A stretch of 64,000 bases of DNA from Elusimicrobiota bacterium (GTDB lineage Bacteria > CAYTYR01 > UBA6262), in assembly GCA_003153935.1 (NCBI GenBank), contig PMCA01000017.1:72107-136106 (forward strand), written 5' to 3'. Numbering within the stretch: position 1 is the stretch's first letter; every line of letters begins with the position of its first letter. A program made the position numbers and the translations under genes. Positions 55,827 to 63,569 of the stretch are shown in pieces. The notes under the pieces are model-generated. The model saw only the letters and a program-made list of their open reading frames with translations, was not told where the DNA came from and did not search any database.

Positions 55827-55910
55827 GGGGTTTGGTATCCCGGCTTTTTGGGGTTTTGGGGTTGGTTGGCCGGGATCCGGGTTTTGGTCCGGGTTTGGGA
55901 TCTGGGTTTT
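55827..55910. repeat. G-tract/T-tract microsatellite-like block (T4G4-type repeats; potential G-quadruplex on + strand)
   Basis: GGGGTTTGG...TTTTTGGGGTTTTGGGGTTGGTTGG...GGGTTTTGG..GGGTTTGGG..TGGGTTTT, seen directly. It lies inside an approximately 0.7-kb ORF-free convergent gap. Confidence 0.5.
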
Positions 55911-56250
55911 AACAGGCCAGGCTACCGACCGGCTTATCCGGGAATGGAAAACCCGCGGCCAAGGCCGGGACATTGGCTGTCTGGAGCGCCAAAAAATAAA
56001 ACTGGTAAATAATTATAAATTAAATAAATATTTTGCGACAGATATAGGGGATTTAAAAATAATCTCAGATATTACTTTAACTAGCCGCTAAAGAGCAGGC
56101 TAAGGCAATAGTTAACATAATATATCTTATCAGACGTTGCACAGAAGGCAATAAAAGGGTCTGTCTTAAGGGTTGAGGTGTCTATTTCAGGCATAATTTG
56201 AGGTATTCTTGTGGTGATCAAAGCGGCTCTATGGCGGTTTTATACGATTC

Positions 56251-58464
56251 TTAAACTTCCCAATAGTCTAAAATGAAGTCTTCACCGGGGACTTTAAATG
56301 ATATCAACCCATGATTGGGCCAGCGTTCTATCTCGAAGTTGTTTCTTTTAACCAGCATTATCATACTTACTTCGTCATTTGCCTTCAAATTAAGCAGGGA
56401 AAAGGGTATGGACAGCTCAATGAATTTGCTTATAGCTACGGTCTTAAGCTCCCCCACCTTGTTCTGGGAGTTTTCCAGGATCTCATAGACCATTAGGGCT
56501 TTTTCCGACTGAGTACTAAGGTTTAGGGTAATGTTATAGGGTTTGGGGTCTAAAATCGTAAATTCAAGCGTCAGGTCATCGGTTTCAGCTGTATTCAGGA
56601 TCGGGTTCAGGTCCAAACGCAGGTAAAGGTTAGCCAGGTCGAAACCATAATATATCAGATTCACTATGGTATTGGCGCGATACATGGTACCGCCAGTTTT
56701 GGAAACGTCGTAAACTCCGGAGTTCTGCCATTCATAGTAATCGGTATTTTTACCGTCAAGAGTCGGATGAATAAGGTTAAGCGGGTATTGCACCGGCTTG
56801 GATTTGGCGATGCCTTTGATCGCCACGTACAGCCAATCCGGTACTTTTTCACCGATAAGCTTGTATACGTTCATCAGGTGCTGGCGGAAAAGAACGTCGA
56901 ATTCCTCGTCGTTGGCGCTGGAGTGGTCATCGCCGTACCACCAGTTCCAGTCGCTGCCTTCGGCAATGTAGATCTCTTCCCAGGCCTGTTCCAGGATCTT
57001 GGCAAATTCTGGCTGCTGATGTCCCTGGGAGAACTTCTGCAGAGTGTCACGGGTCTTACCCAGGAACTCCCAGGCCGTGTTATCTTCAGTGTGTCCTATC
57101 CAGACGCCGAAATTATGGTTTATCCAGCTGCCGGCGAAAAGATTGAACAGGTTATACTGCGGCGTGTTATTCTGCAAGTATTCGTTGACGGTCACGCATT
57201 TGAAATTGGGATCGTTGGAGAGCTCGCGATAGATAGATTTTAAGAAAGTCTCGCCATCGTTGGGATAAAATTCCCAGGCGTTTTCTCCGTCGAGGATTAT
57301 GCTCAAAAGATGCGGCCCGGGCATCAGGTTGACGTTATCGCGGATATGGCGCAGGGTGGCCATGAAGTTATTTACGGCGTCCCCGTTGGTCATGTGAGAA
57401 TATGTGAAACCGATCAGGTCCGAGAGGGTTTTATCCCGGAAGACCATGTCGATCTCTTTATCCTGGTTTTTTACCCGGTAGGCCTTATAGAGCGCGTCGC
57501 TGTGAATGTCGTTGGTAGTGAAATCCTTACGGATGACAATTTTAAGAGTGTTAGCCAGAATATCCTCATCGGTGGCGATCCATTTAATGCCGGCGTCCAC
57601 CATGATGGGAATTATCTCTTCGCTGACGCTGCCTTCCGATGGCCACATTCCGTTGGGTTTACGGCCGAAGCAGCGTTCATAATATTCTATCGCTTTTTGT
57701 ACCTGTTTCCGGGCATCTTCCGGATGCCGGAACGGCTTCTTGGGCAGGATGATCTCCGGCGTAGCCACCCGGGCAGAGTCGGTGTTGCAGATCAGGGGCA
57801 GTATGGGATGATAGAAAGGAGTCGTGGTGACCTCGATCTGTCCCCTATCCTGCATCTCTTTATATTTAGGGATAACCAGGGCCATTATCTCCCGGTGTTT
57901 CTGGATTATGTATTGCTTGTCTTCTTCAGTGAAATTGCGGCCCTTGGCGGAAATATCCTGCAGTTTATTATCCTTATGGCGCCAGTACGGATCGATCCAG
58001 ACCAGATTGAACAGGACCTGGAGATCCAGGTAATCCTGGGGGTTGAAATATTTTTTGATCCGCCGTAATTCCTGGACGTTGGTATAATGCCCCCTTTTAT
58101 CCAGCAGTTCGGCGTAACGGGGATAGGAATATACCATTGTGCCCCAGTTGGCCATGAAAAAATTGGCCAGGATAAAATCCTTATCGAGTTCGGTTAGCTG
58201 GTTGGCCGGGATCAGGGTCTTATCGAGAAATTCGTCGCTGGCGTTATTCTTGACATAATCCTCGATCTGTACCAGCAGCGATGGAACGAGGTTGAAGGTT
58301 TGGTGGATCTGCGGGAATTCATCCAGGATAGCGGCCATGTCGTAATAATCTTTGGTGCAGTGCAGCCGCACCCAGGGCAGTGAGTATTTTCCCGTCAGGT
58401 CGTTCTTGTAATACGGCTGGTGCATATGCCAGAGAAAAGCTACATGGAGCGGTCTGTTTTCCAT
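56251..58464 (-). CDS. glycoside hydrolase family 57 protein (alpha-glucan-active; long form with C-terminal extension)
   Basis: N-terminus LHVAFLWHMHQPYY is the GH57 signature, followed by a conserved catalytic region, in a 737-aa protein. Confidence 0.85.
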   Translation of the reverse strand: MENRPLHVAFLWHMHQPYYKNDLTGKYSLPWVRLHCTKDYYDMAAILDEFPQIHQTFNLVPSLLVQIEDYVKNNASDEFLDKTLIPANQLTELDKDFILANFFMANWGTMVYSYPRYAELLDKRGHYTNVQELRRIKKYFNPQDYLDLQVLFNLVWIDPYWRHKDNKLQDISAKGRNFTEEDKQYIIQKHREIMALVIPKYKEMQDRGQIEVTTTPFYHPILPLICNTDSARVATPEIILPKKPFRHPEDARKQVQKAIEYYERCFGRKPNGMWPSEGSVSEEIIPIMVDAGIKWIATDEDILANTLKIVIRKDFTTNDIHSDALYKAYRVKNQDKEIDMVFRDKTLSDLIGFTYSHMTNGDAVNNFMATLRHIRDNVNLMPGPHLLSIILDGENAWEFYPNDGETFLKSIYRELSNDPNFKCVTVNEYLQNNTPQYNLFNLFAGSWINHNFGVWIGHTEDNTAWEFLGKTRDTLQKFSQGHQQPEFAKILEQAWEEIYIAEGSDWNWWYGDDHSSANDEEFDVLFRQHLMNVYKLIGEKVPDWLYVAIKGIAKSKPVQYPLNLIHPTLDGKNTDYYEWQNSGVYDVSKTGGTMYRANTIVNLIYYGFDLANLYLRLDLNPILNTAETDDLTLEFTILDPKPYNITLNLSTQSEKALMVYEILENSQNKVGELKTVAISKFIELSIPFSLLNLKANDEVSMIMLVKRNNFEIERWPNHGLISFKVPGEDFILDYWEV

Positions 58465-59115
58465 TTATAGGTCTTTCCCAGCGACAAGATTATTGGCGTT
58501 TTCCTGCATATCATTGAAATCCTTCTGCGTCAGGTGCGCCAGGTCTAATATTTTCTTTATCGATGCTTCCGTCATAAGGTCTTCCGGTTCATGAGTGTCG
58601 GTATTAAATACCAGTTTGGCCCCGTAAATATGCGCCAGGCTGGCGACATGTTTATTGGTTTTATTATGGCCGCGACGCGTGGTTATTTCCAGATGAACCT
58701 TGTTGGCGCGGGCCAGCTTGACTTCATCCTTGGTGATCATGCCCGGGTGGGCCAGGATGTCCACTTTGGCTTCGATAGCGGCTCGGTTGGTCCCCTTCGG
58801 CACCGGCTCCACTACCGTCTCGCCGTGCACGAGAACTATCTGCGCGCCGAGAGAACGAGCCAGGCGCAAAGCTTGCGGCATCAGGCGCGGCGGTATATAG
58901 GTGAGCTCCGCTCCTGGTATCACTTTGATTTTATATTCACGGGTGAGGATCTTAGCGACCTTGGCCAGGCGCGGAATGGTGATATCCATGTTGGAGAAAT
59001 CAACGTGGTCGGAGATGCAGATAGTTTTGTAGCCCTGGGCCAGCGCCCGGCAGACTAACTCCGAGGGAATCAAAACTCCATCGCTGAAGAAAGTATGAGT
59101 GTGTAAGTCTATCAT
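58465..59115 (-). CDS. PHP-domain (polymerase/histidinol phosphatase-like) metal-dependent phosphoesterase
   Basis: MIDLHTHTFFSDG and ISDH motifs. Abuts the GH57 start, suggesting an operon. Confidence 0.7.
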   Translation of the reverse strand: MIDLHTHTFFSDGVLIPSELVCRALAQGYKTICISDHVDFSNMDITIPRLAKVAKILTREYKIKVIPGAELTYIPPRLMPQALRLARSLGAQIVLVHGETVVEPVPKGTNRAAIEAKVDILAHPGMITKDEVKLARANKVHLEITTRRGHNKTNKHVASLAHIYGAKLVFNTDTHEPEDLMTEASIKKILDLAHLTQKDFNDMQENANNLVAGKDL

Positions 59116-59123
59116 GTTTAAAT

Positions 59124-59217
59124 CCTGTCGCTGGTCTCTGGTTACTGGTCGCTGGTTTTAGAATCAGTTTCTAGTCGCTGGTCTAGGAACAGTTTCCGGT
59201 TTCTGGTCGCTGGTTTC
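59124..59217. repeat. four direct copies of core GTCGCTGGT (extended about 17 nt, CTGGTCGCTGGTTTYTAG) at irregular 21-31 bp spacing
   Basis: Copies at 59127-59135, 59148-59156, 59175-59183 and 59206-59214. Located between the PHP operon start (59115) and the 3' end of tRNA-Arg. Confidence 0.65.
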
Positions 59218-59262
59218 TAGTCCAGGAACTAGTTACCAGGTACCAGCTACTGTATTTATATG

Positions 59263-59336
59263 CGCCCCCGACAGGAGTCGAACCTGTGATCATCGGTTTA
59301 GGAAACCGCCGCACTATCCAACTGTGCTACGGGGGC
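59263..59336 (-). tRNA. tRNA-Arg (anticodon CCU)
   Basis: The reverse complement folds as a cloverleaf. Acceptor GCCCCCG/CGGGGGC, D-stem GCAC/GTGC, anticodon loop UUCCUAA, T-arm ACAGG-TTCGACT-CCTGT, discriminator G. 3'-CCA not encoded. Confidence 0.85.
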
Positions 59337-59435
59337 AACTCTGGTTTCCTTTATCGTCGTAAAAAAACATGTTTCTTATTCGATTTTTTATACCATATCC
59401 GCAAGGCTCAGTCAACGATTTATTCGTGGGTAAAT

Positions 59436-59470
59436 GAAAGACCCTGCATTGTCATTTGCAGAGTCTTTTA
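59436..59470 (-). terminator. hairpin terminator downstream of the ankyrin gene (probably bidirectional)
   Basis: AGACCCTGCA-loop-TGCAGAGTCT (9 of 10 bp paired) flanked by A/T runs on both sides. Confidence 0.55.
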
Positions 59471-59509
59471 AACGATATACGAAGGGTAATTAAAAAGAAA
59501 CATCTTCTT

Positions 59510-60664
59510 TTATTTTGCGCCAGATTTCTTAAGCAATCCAATCACTTCTGAATAACCCATCTTTTCAGCGATCATTAGCGCGGTAGTACCGCTATTAGTT
59601 TTAGCATTTACGTCTGCACCTTTGGCTATAAGCAGCTCTAATACTTCTTTATTGTTATTCCCGGCCGCAAACATCAGTGCGGTAAATCCTTCATTAGTTT
59701 TTGCATTGACCTCTGCTCCCTTTGCTAAGAGTAGCTCTGCCGCATCCTTATAGGGGTTCTGTGCCACAAACATCAAAGAGGTAAATCCGTAATTATCTTT
59801 ATCATTTATTTGTGCACCTTTGCGTATGAGCAGCTTTGCCACTTCGGCATAACCCATTCCTGCAGCATGCATCAGAACGGTCTCGCCATTATTATTTTTA
59901 GCATTTACTTGTGCACCTTTGTCTATGAGCAGTTCTGCCATGTCTCTATGGCCATTATCAGCCGCAAACATCAGCGCGGTCTCACCTTCATTATCCTTTA
60001 CATTTATATCTGCTCCCTTAGCTATAAGCAACTCTGCTATTTCTTTATGGTCATTCACTCCAGCTGGCATAAGCGCTGTCATACCATCATTATCTTTTGC
60101 ATTTATCTCTGCCCCATTGGCTATAAGCAGCTCTACCATGTTTTTATAACCATAACCTGCCGCGAGAATAAGTGCGGTTTCACCGTCGCTATTCTTCGCA
60201 TTTACTTCTGCACCTTTGGCTATGAGTAGTTCTGCCATGTCTTTATGGCCATTCCCAGCCGCAATTATCAGCGCAGTATCATCCTTATTGCCTTTTGCCT
60301 TTACATCTGCTCCCTTGGCTATCAGCAATTCTGCTATTTCTTTATGGTCGGCACCTGCCACAGATATCAGCGCGGTAAAGCCGTTATTATCCTTTGCATT
60401 TATATTTGCTCCCTTAGCTATAAGCAACTCTGCAACTTCTTTATGACTATGAAATGCTGCAAGCATCAATGCGGTAACACTATTTTTATCCTTCGCATTT
60501 ACTTGTGCACCTTTAGCTATCAGGGCATTAATTTGAGCTATATCCCCACTTTTAGCCGCCTTCATTAAAGCGATATCTTCCTGTTCCCCAGCAAATATCA
60601 AACCGGCGGACATAATTACCATAATCAATATTGCCGCCCCGAACAATCTTCCTATTCTTTTCAT
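59510..60664 (-). CDS. secreted/periplasmic ankyrin-repeat protein (about 11 ANK repeats)
   Basis: N-terminal signal peptide (MKRIGRLFGAAILIMVIMSAGLIFAG), then tandem 33-aa ANK units (..G.T.LM.AA..GH.E.A.LLIAKGA.VNAKD..). Noticeably lower GC than surrounding genes. Confidence 0.85.
   Translation of the reverse strand: MKRIGRLFGAAILIMVIMSAGLIFAGEQEDIALMKAAKSGDIAQINALIAKGAQVNAKDKNSVTALMLAAFHSHKEVAELLIAKGANINAKDNNGFTALISVAGADHKEIAELLIAKGADVKAKGNKDDTALIIAAGNGHKDMAELLIAKGAEVNAKNSDGETALILAAGYGYKNMVELLIANGAEINAKDNDGMTALMPAGVNDHKEIAELLIAKGADINVKDNEGETALMFAADNGHRDMAELLIDKGAQVNAKNNNGETVLMHAAGMGYAEVAKLLIRKGAQINDKDNYGFTSLMFVAQNPYKDAAELLLAKGAEVNAKTNEGFTALMFAAGNNNKEVLELLIAKGADVNAKTNSGTTALMIAEKMGYSEVIGLLKKSGAK
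59600..60560. repeat. intragenic tandem array of about 99-bp ankyrin-repeat units with high nucleotide-level identity
   Basis: Recurrent near-identical segments such as gagctgcttatagccaaaggtgcaga.gtaaatgc. These produce long spurious antisense ORFs on the + strand. Confidence 0.6.
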
Positions 60665-60728
60665 GACTGTTCTCCTTAATAAAATTTTCTGACGATGTCA
60701 ATAAATTTAAGCGGTCCGACTTTATATA

Positions 60729-61040
60729 TTATTGCAGCAGTTTTTTGGACATCTGGTGCAGGTCGGAATTGGCCATGGCCAGGACCTTCTTCTTGACCAC
60801 CCGGGAAAAATATTCCTTCTCCGTTTTAGTCAATTTCTTGCCGTTTATCTTTTTAAGGAACAATTCCTTCTGCTTGGTAGAGAATATCTCATCCATATGC
60901 CTGTCCAAAGGGTCTATCTGGACGCCTTTGGCCGGCTTCCGGATCTTCCTTGTATAGAAACGGTTAGGGTTGTACTGTTTCCGCCTAAAAATGCCGAAAA
61001 TGTTAAGCAGTATGGTTTCGAAGAAATATCTGACTCTCAT
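60729..61040 (-). CDS. small basic (Lys-rich) hypothetical protein
   Basis: 103-aa ORF starting at the ATG at 61040, preceded by AGGTGG. Low GC. No recognisable motif. Confidence 0.4.
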   Translation of the reverse strand: MRVRYFFETILLNIFGIFRRKQYNPNRFYTRKIRKPAKGVQIDPLDRHMDEIFSTKQKELFLKKINGKKLTKTEKEYFSRVVKKKVLAMANSDLHQMSKKLLQ

Positions 61041-61100
61041 TAGCCACCTAAGTTGTATTGATAAGTACAATAATTGTATGAATACGTACAATTCTTTTCT

Positions 61101-61135
61101 ATAACAATAAAAATAGGAGACAAGGAATGTCCCCT
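61101..61135 (-). terminator. rho-independent terminator downstream of apt (minus strand)
   Basis: On the minus strand, GGGGAC-loop-GTCTCC followed by TATTTTTATT. Confidence 0.55.
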
Positions 61136-61183
61136 ACCTAAACAGATGACAGATAACAGTTAACAGATAGCAGTAAAAGAACT

Positions 61184-61699
61184 CTAAAAATTAATGATAG
61201 AATAGATGTCAAAGCCTTTTAGCTTATCCCGCCCGTGCAGGAATCCCAGCTCTATGACAAAGCCAATGCCGGCTACCTTACCGCCCATCTTTTGTACGAA
61301 CCTGGTACAGGCTTGTACAGTGCCGCCGGTGGCCAGCAGATCATCGATTATAAGCACCCGGTCGCCCTTCTTGATGGCGTCTATATGCATCTCCAGGGTG
61401 TCGGTGCCATATTCAAGCTCATAAGTTTCCTTAACCGTCTTAAAAGGCAGTTTCCCGGGCTTACGAACCGGAATGATGCCCACTCCCAGCTTGTAGGACA
61501 AGGCGGAGGCGAAAATAAAGCCCCTGGCTTCCACGCACAGGATCTTGTCAATTTTCTTACCTTGGTATTTTTTGACCAGGTTGTTTATTACCGTCTTGAA
61601 GGCTTTCGGGTCGCCGATCAGCGGGGTTATATCCTTGAAGATGATGCCTTTTTTGGGAAAATCAGGTATATCGCGGATAAATTTCTTAAGATTGATCAT
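61184..61699 (-). CDS. apt: adenine phosphoribosyltransferase
   Basis: PRPP-binding motif VLIIDDLLATGGT and an Apt N-terminus (KDITPL..DP.AF). Confidence 0.9.
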   Translation of the reverse strand: MINLKKFIRDIPDFPKKGIIFKDITPLIGDPKAFKTVINNLVKKYQGKKIDKILCVEARGFIFASALSYKLGVGIIPVRKPGKLPFKTVKETYELEYGTDTLEMHIDAIKKGDRVLIIDDLLATGGTVQACTRFVQKMGGKVAGIGFVIELGFLHGRDKLKGFDIYSIINF

Positions 61700-62550
61700 T
61701 AATTCATCTGTTCCTTATTCATATATTTATCGATCTGGAAGGATTTGCGCAGTTTGCTCAAAGCTTTCTTTTCTACCTGCCTGATCCTTTCACGTGATAA
61801 TCCAAGTTTCTTGCCTATCTCATCGAGCGTCTTGGGCTCATCGCCGCCGATGCCGTAACGCATTTTTATGATCTTGGCTTCCTTGGCGTCCAGGGAGCGC
61901 AGGCAATTATCAATGGTCTGTGGTATTTTTACGTTCTCGTCGTAGGACTGCTCAGGGTCCAGGCAGGTACTATCGCCGATAACATCGCCCAGGGTGATCT
62001 CGGATTCTTCGTCGATGGGCGTATCCAGTGAGGTGGTACCGGTGGACAGCGCGTGGGTTTCGATTATATCCTGTATTTTCTCGGCGGGCAGGTGCAAGTG
62101 TTGGCTCAGTTCCGCCAGGGTCGGGTTCTTACCAAGCTTTTGGGTCAGGCTCTTGGAGATCTTTAACCATTTCTGTATTTCTTCGATCTTGTGAATGGGG
62201 ATGCGGATGGTCTTGGTCTGGTTGGACAGGGCCCGGGAGATGGATTGCTTTATCCAGTAGCTGGCGTAAGTGTAGAAATAGCCTTTGCTGTAATTAAATT
62301 TTTCTACCGCTTTCATCAGGCCGATATTACCCTCTTCGATGAGGTCGAGGAAAGATAATCCCTGCTCGCGGTATCTCTTGGCGATGTTGATGACCAAGCG
62401 CAAATTACCTTCGATCATTCTCCGACGGGCCGCCGGATCACCCTTCCGGACTTTACCGGCCAGGGCTTTCATCTCCTCATTGCTGATCAAGGGGAGTTTG
62501 CGCACTTGCTTCAAATAGATCCTTAGGGTATTGTCGTTAACGAAAGGCAT
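61699..62550 (-). CDS. sigma-70 family RNA polymerase sigma factor (regions 2-4; RpoD/RpoS-like group)
   Basis: Region 2 (DLIEEGNIGLMKAVEKF...YASYWIKQSI), region 3, and the region 4.2 HTH (TLDEIGKKLGLSRERIRQVEKKAL). Lacks region 1.1. 1-nt stop/start overlap with apt. Confidence 0.8.
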   Translation of the reverse strand: MPFVNDNTLRIYLKQVRKLPLISNEEMKALAGKVRKGDPAARRRMIEGNLRLVINIAKRYREQGLSFLDLIEEGNIGLMKAVEKFNYSKGYFYTYASYWIKQSISRALSNQTKTIRIPIHKIEEIQKWLKISKSLTQKLGKNPTLAELSQHLHLPAEKIQDIIETHALSTGTTSLDTPIDEESEITLGDVIGDSTCLDPEQSYDENVKIPQTIDNCLRSLDAKEAKIIKMRYGIGGDEPKTLDEIGKKLGLSRERIRQVEKKALSKLRKSFQIDKYMNKEQMN

Positions 62551-62621
62551 TAGTCACCTTAATTAGAATTTCTTAATTTTATACTATTGGCGGTCATTAA
62601 GCAAGTAAAAAATCATTTCAT

Positions 62622-62906
62622 TTAAAAGTCAATGGTAAATTCGCCGTATTTGTTCCGGTAAGGCGGCCAATCTATTAGCAGGTCGTTTATATAACCGGCC
62701 ATATCGCCTGAGCGCAGGGAGTTTATTAATTCAGTAAGTTTTTCTTTTTCGCCCTCGGCTTCGATCTCCACATCGCCGTTATCCAAATTCCTGACCAGAC
62801 CGCGCAAGCCCAGTCCCGCCGCCAGTCGCCGGGTGTAGAACCGTAACCCCACTCCCTGCACGGTACCTTTGACGATCACATGAACGGTTTTAAGTTCTGC
62901 CGGCAT
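62622..62906 (-). CDS. acyP: acylphosphatase
   Basis: VHVIVKGTVQGVGLRFYTRR..A...L.G.VRNL.NG.VEIEAEG matches the acylphosphatase signature. Confidence 0.8.
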   Translation of the reverse strand: MPAELKTVHVIVKGTVQGVGLRFYTRRLAAGLGLRGLVRNLDNGDVEIEAEGEKEKLTELINSLRSGDMAGYINDLLIDWPPYRNKYGEFTIDF

Positions 62907-62909
62907 ATA

Positions 62910-63554
62910 TCACCATAAAGGTTCGGAGAAATTTATTCCGAAAACTAGGTTGTCAAACCCGAAATGCTTATAATTCTGCAGGTCTATCAATCCCAGGTCC
63001 AGCTTTATCTTTTGCGCGAACATCATCCGGTAGCCTATATTATAGGTACCGCCGGCTTTGTCAAAAATGAACTCCGAATTATTGATCACTTTGGCTACCC
63101 CGAACATTAACCGCCAGCGCCCGTTTTCCTGCAGCTTCACGCCGGTCGTGGCGTAAAGGTCATAGAAATTTACCAGGTGCTTGTCCAAAGAAAGATACAG
63201 GTCCTTATCCCAGAATCCCAGGCTGGCTGAGACCGGCTGGTCGGGTTCGGACACGAACCGGTATTTGCCATGGAACAGGTATCGATTGTCATTGCTGCCG
63301 TCGGTCCGGAACTGCTCTACGTCCGCCCGTATCCCCAGCTCCAGGCGGGAGAACAGCCCGAAATTAACTTTGACCAGGTATTTATGGACGGCCAGGGCGT
63401 AACACTTATTATCCAGCACCGTGGCGGTCGGAATGGTCAATAACCCGGTCGGGCCGTCGATGGTGGCCGACTGGAGAAAAGGTTCCAGGGCGAAATCCTG
63501 CGCCGGGCTGGTAACCGCGCCGCCAATAATAGCGGCCAGGCAAAAAGCGCTCAA
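62910..63554 (-). CDS. putative small outer-membrane beta-barrel protein (unknown function)
   Basis: Hydrophobic N-terminal signal-like segment, alternating amphipathic beta-strand pattern, C-terminal aromatic residue (…SEPLW). No in-frame ATG after the upstream stop; a TTG start is assumed, so the start is uncertain. Confidence 0.45.
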   Translation of the reverse strand: MSAFCLAAIIGGAVTSPAQDFALEPFLQSATIDGPTGLLTIPTATVLDNKCYALAVHKYLVKVNFGLFSRLELGIRADVEQFRTDGSNDNRYLFHGKYRFVSEPDQPVSASLGFWDKDLYLSLDKHLVNFYDLYATTGVKLQENGRWRLMFGVAKVINNSEFIFDKAGGTYNIGYRMMFAQKIKLDLGLIDLQNYKHFGFDNLVFGINFSEPLW

Positions 63555-63569
63555 GATATATTTTTTTAT

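Noticed and set aside
55845-55869. TTTTTGGGGTTTTGGGGTTGG resembling ciliate telomeric T4G4 repeats
   Set aside because: Only about two clean units sit within an otherwise ordinary bacterial intergenic region, with nothing to indicate a chromosome end. It was kept only as a G-quadruplex-competent microsatellite-like block.
55537-56250. Candidate location for tmRNA, RNase P RNA, 4.5S SRP RNA or 6S RNA in the large ORF-free gap
   Set aside because: I could not recognise the conserved cores of tmRNA, RNase P RNA or 4.5S SRP RNA here by eye; 6S RNA cannot be judged without a covariance model. This remains an open ncRNA candidate (see findings), not an annotated RNA.
59124-59217. Possible CRISPR array suggested by the GTCGCTGGT repeats
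   Set aside because: The repeat core is only 9 bp (about 17 bp extended), the spacings are irregular (21-31 bp) and unlike a 28-37-bp repeat/spacer periodicity, and no cas genes are nearby. It was scored as a regulatory or direct-repeat array instead.
59810-60568. Several plus-strand ORFs (76-139 aa, Cys/Ile-rich) inside the ankyrin gene
   Set aside because: They are antisense products of the near-identical 99-bp ankyrin repeat units, and their translations are low-complexity. The ankyrin frame carries the signal peptide and a canonical repeat consensus.
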